The position numbers and the translations under genes are program-made. A model generated the notes under the pieces. That model was not told the DNA's origin. It made no database searches and saw nothing but the letters and a program-made list of their open reading frames with translations. 64,000 nt of DNA from Utricularia gibba (taxonomy: Eukaryota > Plantae > Magnoliophyta): positions 3,100,001 through 3,164,000 of the forward strand of contig NEEC01000008.1 of NCBI GenBank assembly GCA_002189035.1, written 5' to 3'. Below, one piece after another: positions 27,913 to 40,623 of the stretch. Within the stretch, counting starts at the first letter, position 1. The number at the start of each line of letters is the position of its first letter.

Positions 27913-28136
27913 TGTGTGGTGAGAATCATCGTCAACAGCCCACTCGCGTTGAATCAGTCATGGGCCAAACGGTAAATTGTTGATTCTTTGATTCTTTCGC
28001 AGGAAACCAAGTAGTGTTTTCCTGTGAACCCACTGTTTTTTGGAGTGCGAAATTGGTGATTCTTTGATTCTTTTTCTGGGCAGTGTCTTTCTTTCTTCAG
28101 ATCAGCAGCGCAATAGTTGATCGTGTTTGTTGACGG

Positions 28137-30513
28137 ATGATGGCAGAGGGTCCGGGGATGGTATCAGCTTATTACATTGCGCTCCGTCTTTTACAGCTTC
28201 TAGAATCCGTGCAACTGCACCACAGTTATAAACTACTTGTAGTTGATATGGGGCTGCTACTTGATTTTCGAAACAAGGTTCGTTTTTGGATGAAGCTACT
28301 GGAAAGCGTTGGGCCAAAAGATCTTACCCCAGGTATAAAAACCCTGTCCCAAAGGTTCGACCACTGTGCTTGCAATTGGAGTGATATCATTGACTATCAT
28401 GTTGTCGAACGAAAGCGTGGAGTGTTTGGGGTTGAGTTTGATAAAGCCATCCATGCTTTCTGCCAAGATATTGATCCTGCTGTCCAAGAATTAGGGATGC
28501 TAATGGACGAATTAACTAGCATTTGGGGAGAAGGTATTTCCTTGATGAGTATCAATGAGTATGTAGTTCATCTTTCACATATGAAGACTCAGGAAATAAG
28601 TGTAGTGGGAATTGAAAATCCTCTACGAAGGATAAAGAATGCACTTACATATGGCATCAAAGATCGACAGGTCATTGGGATTGTCGGCGTGAGTGGTAGT
28701 GGTAAAACGACTTTAGCACGAAGTGTTTATGAGGATCCAGTGATCAGGGAGCACTTTGACATATGTTATTGGGTCATTGTCTCTCAAAAACATGATGTGC
28801 GAAAAATACTTCAAAATATTATTGGTGACAAAGACACTCACAAGATAGGAGATTTGGGGGATAAATTGCATCGTCAGATTGTTAATCGAAGGTACTTGAT
28901 CGTGTTGGATGGTTTATGGGGTACCGAGACTTGGAACAAAATAGTTGATCACTTTCCTAACAACAAGGAGGGAAGTCGGATTATTGTCACCACAAAGGAG
29001 TCAAGAGTTGCTGAGTTTCTATCCCCAGCATTTGCTCACGAGATGGATTTATTAGATGAAGAGGCAAGTTGGGATTTATTGAGAAAAAAAGTGTTCACTG
29101 GAGAAGAGGACTGTCCGGATGAGCTGCGTGAAACTGGAAGAGATACAGCTCGAAAATGCAAGGGACTCCCCATGTTAATTGTCACAATCGGTGGGCTTCT
29201 CTCAAGATCTGAAATGACATTGCATTTTTGGACGAACGTTGCAAAAGATATATCATTGGTAGGTTTACAAGATGGCGTTGCATGAAAATATTGTCGTTAA
29301 GCTACGATAACATGCCGCTTTATCTTAAATTATGCTTTCTTAGCTTTGCATCCTATGGTGAAGATCAGCATATTCATGTTGACACTATGATACAATCATG
29401 GATTGTAAAACCTGAAGAAGGCCGAGGGTTGAAGACGTTACACTTGATTACTTGAAAGATCTTGTGGTAAGGAATATGATTTTTGTTAGAGAATTTGATG
29501 GGGATATGAAAATCAAAGCACTCGGAATGCATGATCTCTTATTTGAGCAATGTCGTAAAAATCATCTATTGAGAATGTTTACACGGGAGAGGGTTCAGAT
29601 ATTAGATTTGTGAGAGTGTTTCATGATTCATCTTTTTGAGTTTCATGAAGCATCCTCCATAAGCTGTAGAAAGATGGTTTGCTATGATAGAATCTTCCAC
29701 CAAGTATGTTCTATTATGCCTTCAAGCAGTACAAACTCTATAGGTTTTTGTTTCGATTATGGGAGCAGTGTCGTTCTCGAGTGCTGCATCCCACCTTCTC
29801 ATTCAGATGTGAGGTTAAGATTCCACATTTTCAAGAAGTAGTCGAGGACATCATTTCTTTTAAATCACTAGAACTTTCGAGCCGTCATTATCCGGGAAAG
29901 CTGCTGTGCAACCTTCAAAAAAATATATCTGATGCAAAACATTCGCACAATATGACGCCACAGTTTAAATTTGTGCTGAATGTTTATGAAGTCATCCTGG
30001 AACAAGATATCGACATGAATGTTTCTCGTGTTTTTCGGAGTTTGGGTCATCATGAATTTCGTTTCTATCATTCAATCAGGAGGTTGAGCATATGCAATGC
30101 AACATTTTCTGAAAAGGGCATCGGAAGCGTTAAGGATTTGCCCAAGCACGAGCATTTGGCATTCAGGAAGTGCAAAATTTGAATCTTTGAGTTTGAAGTT
30201 TTCCCTCGGATCTCGCAGTGCTTTGGCTACACGATGTTCAGTCTGAATCCTATCATCTTTCTCATGTTTCATCTTTGCAATCGATACGATTGGATGGTTG
30301 TGCAGATTCAGCTGTCCAATCAGCGATTGAAATAGGAAGCAGAGGTTGGGAGATGAAAGCTTTTATGTAAAGAAGGATGGAAGGTTGTGGAACCCTGAGG
30401 ATGCAGATTCCTGCTCAGAGGAGTTCGAAGAGAGCGATGCAGAGGAAGAAGAAGATGGGCTTCCAGTGTTAAAAACAATGATGATGAGCATGGAAGGATG
30501 CGATGGAGATTAA
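28137..30513 (+). pseudogene. CC-NB-ARC-LRR copy 1 (R1-like clade), reading frame broken by several frameshifts; status uncertain because several are 1-bp homopolymer deletions
   Basis: CC with WSDIIDYHVV (EDVID-like), P-loop GVSGSGKT, kinase-2 RYLIVLDGLW, GSRIIVTT, CKGLPML, LKLCFLSF, MHDLL. Degenerate LRR and cap SLQSIRLDGCADSAVQSAIEI are recovered by shifting frame at about 29275, 29440, 29560, 29615, 29780 and later. Confidence 0.75.
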
Positions 30514-30985
30514 CCACACTGCACCAAAAGGAGCAGCTGATTGACGAGTAGGGCGAATCCACCCATTTCCGCATCTCACGTATGTATCTTCCAAAATGCA
30601 AATGACATGTTTTTACCATTTAATCGAAAAAATAGACATAAAAATAAAAATAAAAAGAAGATAAATAAATAATCACAATCACAATCTAATGCTTACATGC
30701 AAACATTTTACAATTTTTCACTTTTAATATGATATTTTAATTATGAGAATAAAGAATTCAATCATACTCACAATTTAAGTATAACATTTTTAAATAATTA
30801 TAAAACACACCCAACAAATTTCTTATATAATAAGCATCGCTATTACTGTTTTTCAGAAGGGCAGAAGCTTAAAGAAAGTTAATACAATGGGAAAGAATAT
30901 TGCGTAGGAGTAGACTTGTGATAATTGATTTTACCAAAAACACCAAATATTTAGTTCATCATTTGAGATAATTGAATTTCTAATC

Positions 30986-31017
<32 letters not shown>

Positions 31018-31023
<6 letters not shown>

Positions 31024-31700
31024 GGTTAGAAATTGGATTAGCGATGGGGTCCGACTTTTGAATTATGAAATCAGTATTTTCGTTTCTAGATTTAAGGGCT
31101 AACAAAATCGGCTTACTGCTGTGATAAAAGCGATAACACAAAACACGTGATTTTATGTGGAAATCGTTATAATAAAAAAACTATGGAGTTGTAGGTGATC
31201 ACCGTAAAAAATGTTTTACTAGAAGAGAAAAGGGAAATACGAGTTATGTGCAGAATACAAAATGCTTTTATCTTCAAATATTTTTTTATTTATTGGAGAG
31301 ATTTATTCGATCAATTTATATAGATGTCAACTATTTTCTGTATTTGTGATCTCGTTGACATATAAGTGCCATTTCTTTGGAATTGGTGCGAGTCGGATGC
31401 TTTTTCAGATTATGTTGAAATTGGTTTGACGTTATCATTTTCTTGTCGTTATAGGCATGTCAATTTTATCAATTTGCCAAAACCCGATTTTTGCCGTTTA
31501 GACGATATCACCATATTGCAGCAAACTAGATATACTCTACTCTGACCGATTTAGGTTATCTTCCCTATATTGTTTAAGATTTTTCGATTTAACGCTAACA
31601 ATAACTCTAATTTTCCGTCTTCTACAACCCCTATCTTGGGGGCAAACGTACCTTATTCTCTGTACTTATCCACGTGACATATGTAGATTTCTGATATCAT
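31018..31700. mobile_element. About 0.69-kb insertion into the (TA)n upstream of NLR copy 2, probably an LTR-retrotransposon (solo-LTR-like) remnant
   Basis: Absent from the paralogous flank of copy 3, where (TA)n is followed directly by tataaag. Begins TGTTG and contains a copia-LTR-like string aacacaaacacgtgattttatgtggaaa. No TSD or clean 3' CA end identified. Confidence 0.4.
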
Positions 31701-32179
31701 CATATATACATATAAAGAAAAATTTAACGTATATAACTTGTTTGCACTTGGAAACCTATTGGATAAATGGAATTCATTACTTGTCTAAGAAAATTCATCA
31801 AATAAAACTTATCGAAAATGATATTATTCCAAGGGATATGTTTTGAAATGCATCAATTGGAAGTAATAAATTTTTTACGAGAAAATATGAATAAGAACTT
31901 GAAATAAAAACCTTTCTAATTTAGTCCCTACCAATTATTTGTGTCAAGATTTTTCAAAGACGTGTGGCTGCTGTGTGTTGATAAGGTAGAGGAATGACGA
32001 ACATTGGAGAACGCCAGCTTCCTGTTGACTCAATCATTCACAAACGCTGCGGTGCTACCTTCTCTTCATTGAACTCCAGCGCGGGTTTTCTAAGCCCACT
32101 TCTTCTGGTGTGACAAATTGGGGACTTTTTGACAGATCGCACCCAACCAGTGATCGACTTTATTGATTGGCGATTGGCG

Positions 32180-35100
32180 ATGGCCGAGGATTTGGGAATA
32201 CTATCACCTTATCACTCTGCGCTCCGCCTGCTGCAGCTTCTTGAATCTATGCAAGTGCACAACAAATATAAACTGCTTGCCGTTGCAATGGAGCAGATAC
32301 AGGGTTTTCAAGGCAAGATTCACGCTTGGATAGAATTATTGGAGAGCCTCACGGCAACAGATCATACCCCAGGTATAAAAGCCCTGTTGCAAAGATTCAG
32401 CCATTGTGCCTTCAATTGGAGTAATATGATCGACTACCATGTTGTGGATCAAAAGTGTGGAGTGGATGGCGTTGAGTTTGGTAGAGCTGTGCATACTTTC
32501 TATGAAGACTTAGTGGTGTTAATAGATGAACTAAAGAGGATTCGGGGAGAATCATCTTCTAGCTCCTCGAGGAGCACCAAGGGGGAAGTGGTTCATCTCT
32601 CTTATGAGAAGACCAGGGAAGCAGCAACTCTAGTGGGAATTGAGCGTCCCCTTCAAAAGATAAAGGAGGAACTTGTGAATCACGTCAAAGATCGACAAGT
32701 TATAGCGATCGTCGGTATGGGCGGTAGTGGTAAAACGGCTTTAGCACGAAAAGTTTATGAGGATTTTTCAGTGACTAGGAAGCACTTCGACAAACACTAT
32801 TGGGTCACTGTTTCTCAGGAATATGATGTACGAAAAATACTTCAAAAGATGTTAGATGATAAAAACACTCAAGAGGTAAGAGATTTGGGGACTATGTTAC
32901 ATCAGAAGCTTTTTGATCATAGGTACTTGATCGTGTTGGATGATTTATGGAGTCCTAAGTCTTGGGAAGAATTAGTTGTATACTTTCCTAAAAGGAAAAA
33001 TGGAAGTCGGATTATTGTGACCACAAGGGAGTTAAGTGTTGCTAAATTTCTTTCCCCTGTACTTATTCACCGAATGGCTTTATTAGATGAAAAGACAAGT
33101 TGGGAATTATTGTCTAAAAAAGTCCCATGTCCGGAGGAGCTCCAAGGAATCGGAAGAGAGATTGCTCGAAATTGCAAAGGACTTCCTTTATCAATTGTCA
33201 CAATCAGTGGGCTTCTCTCAAAATCTGATATGACTTTGCAATCCTGGAGGAATGTTGCAGATGCTGTTACATCCTTTGTGAGTTTGGAAGATGATGAGCG
33301 TTGTATGAAAACATTATACTTGAGCTACGATAATCTTCCGCTTCATCTTAAATTATGCTTTCTTAGTTTTTCATATTATGCTGAAGATGAAAATATCTGC
33401 GTTGATGATTTCATACGGTCATGGATTGTTGAGGCGATGATAAGACCAGAAAAAGGTCGAGGGATGGAAGAGATTGCGCTAGATTATTTGGATGATCTTA
33501 TTGAAAGGAACATGGTGTTTGCTAGGGAATATAATGATGTTATGGAAATTGAATATATCAGAATGCATGATCTCTTGTTTGGGCTATGCAGAAAGGAATC
33601 ATCTGCTGAGAATGTATGTGCGGCAGTAGGAATGGAAATATTTTTCAATAGAAAAAAGAACACTATTCAAGCAATGAGATGTATGGATTGCTCCACTACT
33701 TATTTCATGGGGTTTTGTGACATTGTCCCGGTGAGCAGTAGTAGTACAAGGCCGTGTTATGGCAGAATCTTCCATCAGATACATTCTATTTTACCTATAA
33801 AGAAGTATGCGTGTGCACAACTTTGCGTTGAATGCAACAAGGTGGTCAAAATGGAGCTCTTTATTTATGGAGTGCTTCTGCATCCTACTTTCTCAGTTAG
33901 TAGCATATTTGGGTGTAAAGGAATCAAGGTTCCACATTTTCATGGAATGAATAAGGATATTATTCCTTTTGAATCACTTGTGCAATATCATTTTCCAGGA
34001 AATCTTCTATGGAATGTTCAACAATATTTTGGTTTTGAAACACACTCATGTAGGATGATGCCACAACTTAAATTTTTAGATGATTTGCCTAATCAGGATG
34101 AGGAGGACATCGTGCTGGAACAATTAATGGGTATAAATTTTTGGATGCATGTTTCTACTGAAACTTTTTTGTCCAAATCGATCAAGAGATTGGGAAAATG
34201 TTGTGATCACTTTCAAGAGTCAATCCAAAGTGCTATTCGGGATATGCCTAATCTCGAGCATTTGGCTCTCCGATATCACAACTGTGAAACCACCATAGTA
34301 GGATCACATAGTTTGAGATACTTGGGGTTTTGTCGCCGTTGTGTACCGTTTGGTAGATCTGATGCAGATGGTCGGTTTGAGATTGATTGCCCTCGACTTG
34401 AAAGGCTTTGGCTACACGGTGTTGGTAATGCATCCTTTCTGCTTCGCGATGATTCATCCTTGCAGTCGATCAGATTGGAAGGTTGTGGAGAGTCTACTGT
34501 CGAATGGGCGATGGAAATATTGGAGAAGAAGCGGAGTTTGGGGGATAACAACTTTTATGTGGAGATGGATGGAAGGATGCAGTTTGATTGGTCAAAGAGA
34601 GTTTGGAAGATTTGTAGACCTTCTATGCTTTTCTTTAGAGAAGGATTGGAAGATGAAGAGCTTCCATTGCTTGAAATGATGATGTGTACACAACTATATG
34701 ACATGGAAAGGGGTAATTACAACGACGTAATCAAGTATCTAAGTGGATTTCACAAAGACCGGCAACGAGAGAACTTTTTCCTCTTTGACAGAAGTATGAT
34801 TTACTCTAGAAAACGGCCTCCTAAACCCAAATGGTGTTCTAATGCTGTAGTCCGATTTCCAAATCTGAAGGTCATAAGAATGAGGGCAGCATGGGATGGA
34901 TCCCCCCTCCCAAGTTTGCTCAAGAAATTGCGACTCTCTGAGACTTTAATTGATGAAGCTCGGACGAGAACTATTATGGAGTTGCACAATCTCGAGGTGC
35001 TGGAATTGTGGGATTGCACATTTGAAAATGAGGAATGGTGCAATCCGTCCCAAGGAAAATTTATTAAACTGAAAGAGTTAAGGATTTATCATCCAGTTGG

Positions 35101-35889
35101 TCTGAAGTCCTTGAAAGTGGAAGAAGAGCAATTTCCCCAGCTACTAACTCTTCGAATAAAAGGAGAGCAGGACGGTATTTGTGATATTACATGTAATATT
35201 ACAATGCTATTGTCGATTCGGTTAAGGTATTGTGGACCCTCGACCATTAAAGCAGCCACGAAAATATTAAGAGAAAGGAGGGATTGGGCAGATGGGGCCT
35301 TCTTTGTCATGGTTGATGATAAATTGTTGATTTTAGAGGATGAAGAAAAGGAAGAAGGATGCTGGGGTGGAGCCCCCCTCTCTGACACTTTAATTGATGA
35401 AGCTCGGACGAGAACTATTATGGAGTTGCACCCGGGGTGCTGGACTTGTGGGATTGCAAATTTGAAAATGAGGAATGGTGCAATCTGTCCCAAGGACAAT
35501 TTGCACTCGAGGTGCTGGAATTGCGGTTTTGCACATTTGAAAATGAGGAATGGTGCAATCTGACCCAAAGACAACTTACCAAACTGAAACACTTAAACAT
35601 TCGTTGTTCAGTTGGTCTCAAGTCCTTGAAAGTGGAAGAAGAGAAATTTCCCCAGCTACGAACTCTTCAAATAACAGGAATTCTATCATGGGACGATATT
35701 TGTGATATTACATGTAATATTGCAACGCTATCGTCAATTCGGTTACGGTATTGCGGATTCCCGACCATTAGATCAGCCAAGAAAATATTAAGAGAAAGAA
35801 GGAATGATTGGGCAGATGAGGAATTCTATGTCATGGTTGATGATAAATTATTGAGGTTGGAGGAAGAAGAAAAAGAAAAAGGATACTAA
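32180..35889 (+). CDS. CC-NB-ARC-LRR copy 2, the most complete copy; continuous ORF to 35563, extending to 35889 (about 1236 aa) if one base is missing at 35431-35437
   Basis: Single exon with GMGGSGKT, RYLIVLDDLW, GSRIIVTTR, CKGLPLSI, LKLCFLSF and IRMHDLL, followed by divergent LRR modules each ending in a SIRL..C....A..IL.E.R...FYV cap. Confidence 0.88.
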
Positions 35890-38175
35890 TGAAAATGAGG
35901 ATTGGGAAATAATTGTTGTAGTGTAAAGTCATTCTACATATTCATTAGAACCAAGAAATCAGTGGTTTATTGATTGTTTGATTTTTCAATGCTTCAAAAC
36001 AATTTGATCCAAAAAGTTGACTCTAAAATATATATTTATATCCTGTCTCATTTCATTTTTAATATAAATTCAAAACCACGTTGCTAATCAACATCCTTAT
36101 TTTATTCTAAAAACCACTGATCGACAAGAATTAGCTGCATTTTTTTACAAATTGCCATACAAGAAAATATGATCTAAAAACTGTATATTGTAATATGATT
36201 TTATTAACAATTTAAGTTTTATTTAACAATGTGTTTGTTTTTGTAAATTTGATACATGAGAAAATATTTTAATAAAAATATATGAATACAAAAGTCAATA
36301 TATTTTAATAAAGAGATGTTTTGAAAAAAACATATTTGATTAGTAAATTGAAAGTGGTATAAAAATGATTTTTTAGGGGTTTAATTTGATGTAAAGATGA
36401 TTAGTGTATATTTTTTAAATTTATAATATTAAGCCCATCAAAATTCTAAAGAAGAGAAAAAAAAGAAGAATCATAATTAGAAAACAAAACAGAAAAAACA
36501 ATATTCTTAGACAGAATAATGTGATGAAAATGGCAAAAAAGAAATTGAGAGAAAATATGGGTTAAATTTGACATTAGATAGAAGTAAATTTTTCTTATAT
36601 CTCATTAAATATCTAAATTCATAAAGTACGCAATCTAGTTCTTATATGAAAACTTTTTACAAATTGTTATTACATGTTAGGCTTTATTTAGTTGATATGT
36701 TTAAGTATTAGTGTATTTAAATTATTTAGGTTTAACTAAACCCAAATATATGGATATAAAAATATCCATATATAAGGATATTATATAAGTATAATTATTT
36801 TTAGTATATGGGATATTATTATACTTATATATAAGATATAATTATACTCACATACCAAATAATATAATTTTGTTAAACACATCATAAATCAATCTTATAC
36901 CTATTAGGGGTGGTATTCGGTATATGGGATTGGGCCGATTTTCGGGTTACAGAAACAATTGGAAATGTCGCTTCTTTGTATGCTTCTTTCCGTGATCCGT
37001 TTGGTTTGATTGGATGAAATGAAAGTGGGTGGAGATTTTTTACATGAAAACCATCGTAAGATAAAAAAAACACGGAATCATCGGAGCTCGTCGGAGAAGA
37101 TTTCTACTAGACGGAGATGGTGAAGGAAGATACAAGTTGAGGAATCCTTTTTTGGGTCCAATCCCCTTTTTTCCTTCGGAACTTCTCATGTTTATAGAAG
37201 AGATTGATCCAGCCCGATCCTTACTTCTGCAGGTGTCGGTTGCTTTTTGTATTTGCACTGTGATCTTACTTTTCATATGATCGCTGACTATGTTTGCTAT
37301 GATTCGACCGCTTTTCAGACTGTGGCATGCGGCTGTCACTGTTAGATCTCTGATACATATCGGTCTGTCGGTTGGTACTATCCCCTCATATCTCCTTTCG
37401 ACAGCCTTTTCAGAAACCAATTACTTCAACCGATTTGTACCCCATCAATACCTTCACAGCAAACAAGGCTTTAGAGTATAAGCATGCTATTACCGTTTTT
37501 AAGAAGGGTGGAAGTGTAAAGAAAGTTAATAGAATGGAAAAGAATTCTGCGCAAGAGTAGACTTGTGATAGTTGATTTTAATAGACTACTAATCCATTAA
37601 TGTTTTGATTTGTTGTGCTTGACTTTAGTGCCACAACACAAAAATTTAGTTATCATTTGAAATAATTAGGGTTTTAATCATTTTTGTATATATATATATA
37701 TATAAAGCTTTACCGAACATGATTTACTTGCACTTGGAAACCTATTGGATAAATGAAATTCATTACTTGTCTAAAAAAACTAATTAAATAAAACTCATGG
37801 AAAATGATATTATTCGAAGGAATATGTTTGGAAAATGTTGAACTTGGAAAATATGAATAATAAGTTGGAAAAAACTTTGTAATTTTTACAAACATGATTT
37901 TAAAAGCTAATAATTTATATGAGTCCGTACCAATTATTTGTGAGAAGTTTTTTTCAAAGACGTGTGGGTGCTGTTTCTTGAGAAAGCAGAAAAAAACTCT
38001 TATTGGAGAACGCCGCCTTCCTGTTGATTCTATCATTCGCGAACGCTGCGGTGCTAGCTTCTCTTGATTGAACTCCTAAACCCACTTCTTCTGGTTTGCG
38101 AAATTGGGGACTCTCTTTAACAGGGGCGGGGTTAAAGATCGGCACCCAACAAGTAATCGAGTTTATTGACTGCCG

Positions 38176-39444
38176 ATGGCCGAGGATTCGAGAATACTAC
38201 TATCAGCTTATCACTCTGGGCTCCGTCTCCTACAGCTTCTTGAATCCGTGCAAGTGCACAACTAATACAAACTGCTTGCCGTTGATATGGAGCAGATACA
38301 TGGTTTTCGAGACAAGGTTCACGCTTGGATAGCATTATTGGAGAGCCTCACGGCAACAGATCATACCCCATGTATAAAAGCCCTGTTGCAAAGATTCAGC
38401 CATTGTGCCTTCAACTGGAGTAATATGATCGACTATCACGTTGTTGATCAAAAGCGTGGAGTGTGTGGCGTTGAGTTTGGTAAAACTGTGCATACTTTGT
38501 ATGAAGAATTAGCGGTGTTAATAGAAGAACTACCGAGCATTCGGGGAGAATCATCTAGTTCCTTGAGAAGCACCAAGGGAGAAGTGGTTCATCTCTCTTA
38601 TAAGAAGACCAAGGAGGCAGCAACTCTAGTGGGAATTGAGCGCGCGCTTCAAAAGCTAAAGGAGGAACTTGTGAATCACATCAAAGATCAACAAGTTATA
38701 GCGATCGACGGTATGGGCGGTAGTGGTAAAACAGCTTTAGCACAGAAAGTTTATGAATATTTTTCAGTGACTAAGAAGCACTTTGAAAAATGTTATTGGG
38801 TCACTGTTTCTCAAGAATATGATGTACGAAAAATACTTCAAGATATGGTAAATGATAAAGTAACTCATGAGGTAAGAGATTTAGGGTTTAAATTGTATCG
38901 TGAGATTTTTTATAAGAGGTATTTAATTGTACTGGATGGGGGCGTGGCGACAGCCACCATCGCAATCTCGAGGTGGCTGTCTGTGTCTCTGTGGCACTTT
39001 AATTGATGAAGCTCAAACGAGAACTATTCTTGAGTTGTGCAATCTCGAGGAGCTGCGATTCTCGGGTCGCACATTTGTAAATGAGGAATGGTGCAAGCTG
39101 TACCAAGGGCGATTTAGCAAATGAAAAAGTTGGAGATTAATTGTCCAGATGCTCTGAAGTATTTGAAGGTGGGAGCAGAGCAATTTCCCCAGCTACTAAT
39201 TATTGGGATATTTGGGTGTGAAACATTGAATATCATCTCAGATGATGATGATATATGTGGTATTACAACACTATCATAAGTTCAATTAGGCAATTGCGGA
39301 GCATCAACCATCAGATCAGCCAAACAAATATTAAGACAAAGAAGGTATGATTGGGCAGATGAAGACTTCTATGTTATGGTTGATGGTGTATTGTTGTCAT
39401 TGGAAGAAAAAAAGAAGAAAAAGAAAAAAAAAGAAGAAGAATAA
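38176..39444 (+). pseudogene. CC-NB-ARC copy 3: premature stop, and deletion from kinase-2 to the last LRR module
   Basis: AAC TAA TAC at about 38260 where copy 2 has AAC AAA TAT. The NB-ARC stops at YLIVLD (about 38938) and is joined through a short filler to GTLIDEAQTRTILEL..., which has further frameshifts and stops. Confidence 0.88.
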
Positions 39445-40623
39445 AAAAAAAAGAATACTAATGAAAATGATGATTAGGAAATAGACGTTGTAGCGTAGTA
39501 GGGTTACTATGCATTCATTACAAGTAAGAAATGATTGATTTATTGATATTCAATTTTTCATTGTCTCAAAATAATTTGATCCAAAAACCCTGATTCCAAA
39601 ATATATGTTTATTTAATTCTAAAACTATGATCCTTCATTTACAACTTTTACAAAAAATTGCTGCATTTTTTATATGAATTGCCATATAAAAAATTGTATA
39701 TTGTAATATGATTTTTTTAACAATTTACGTATCATTTAAAGATGTTTTTGTGTTCCATTTTATAAAATTCATATATGGAAAAATGTTTTAATAGAAATAT
39801 AGAGATAATAAAAGCTAAATAATCTCATAAAGAGATGTTTTGAAAAAAAAATATTTGATTGATAATTGAAAATAGGATAAAAAATATTTTTGTGGTACTT
39901 ATTTTTATGTAGAATTGATTGTGTCATATTTTTTTAATTATATAACATCACGTTCAACTAAATCCTAAATAAGAGAAAAAAAAGAATCAAAATTTAAAAA
40001 CAAAACAGAAAACGCAATTTTCTTAAACAAATTGAAGCACAAATGTTCTTCTTGAATTTACAAAAAAAATGAAAATATAATTTTACTTTGTAAATTAAAT
40101 TGAATATCTCATCATCTATTAGCATCGATTCTTCTAAATTTATCGATGATGTTGCAAAGCCATAACTTGGTGTTGTCGACGGTGGTGATTAGCGGTGGTT
40201 CACAACTGAACCAGCAATGTGAACTACTAACAGCAATTGATACAGAGCAAATAATTGATTAATATCAATTGATGCCCATTTTTCCTTTAAGAAATATATA
40301 TCTTGACCGAGTCCCTGGCTTCTCTTCTTTCACAATAATTGTGATGCATTTATAGTTGATGTTGCATTCCCACCAACCGAACTCAATATGTGGCTGCTAT
40401 TTGGTGATAAAATTTTCAGAGATAAGATATCAGAGACGTGTGAAGATGAGTAGAAAACTTGAGTCAAGTCATTTGCAACCCATAGCTTCTCTTCATTCCA
40501 AGGAACCTATTTCTTCTTATATGTAAAACTGGGGAGTATTTCTGGGGGTGCATCTTTCTTCTATACAGGGCAGAATTACAGATCAGCACCCAATCAGTGA
40601 CTAATCTTGTTTGGTGATTGGCG

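Noticed and set aside
36890-37420. GC-richer insert with a 126-aa minus-strand ORF between NLR copies 2 and 3
   Set aside because: May be a TE or captured fragment, but I could not assign homology, termini or a TSD.
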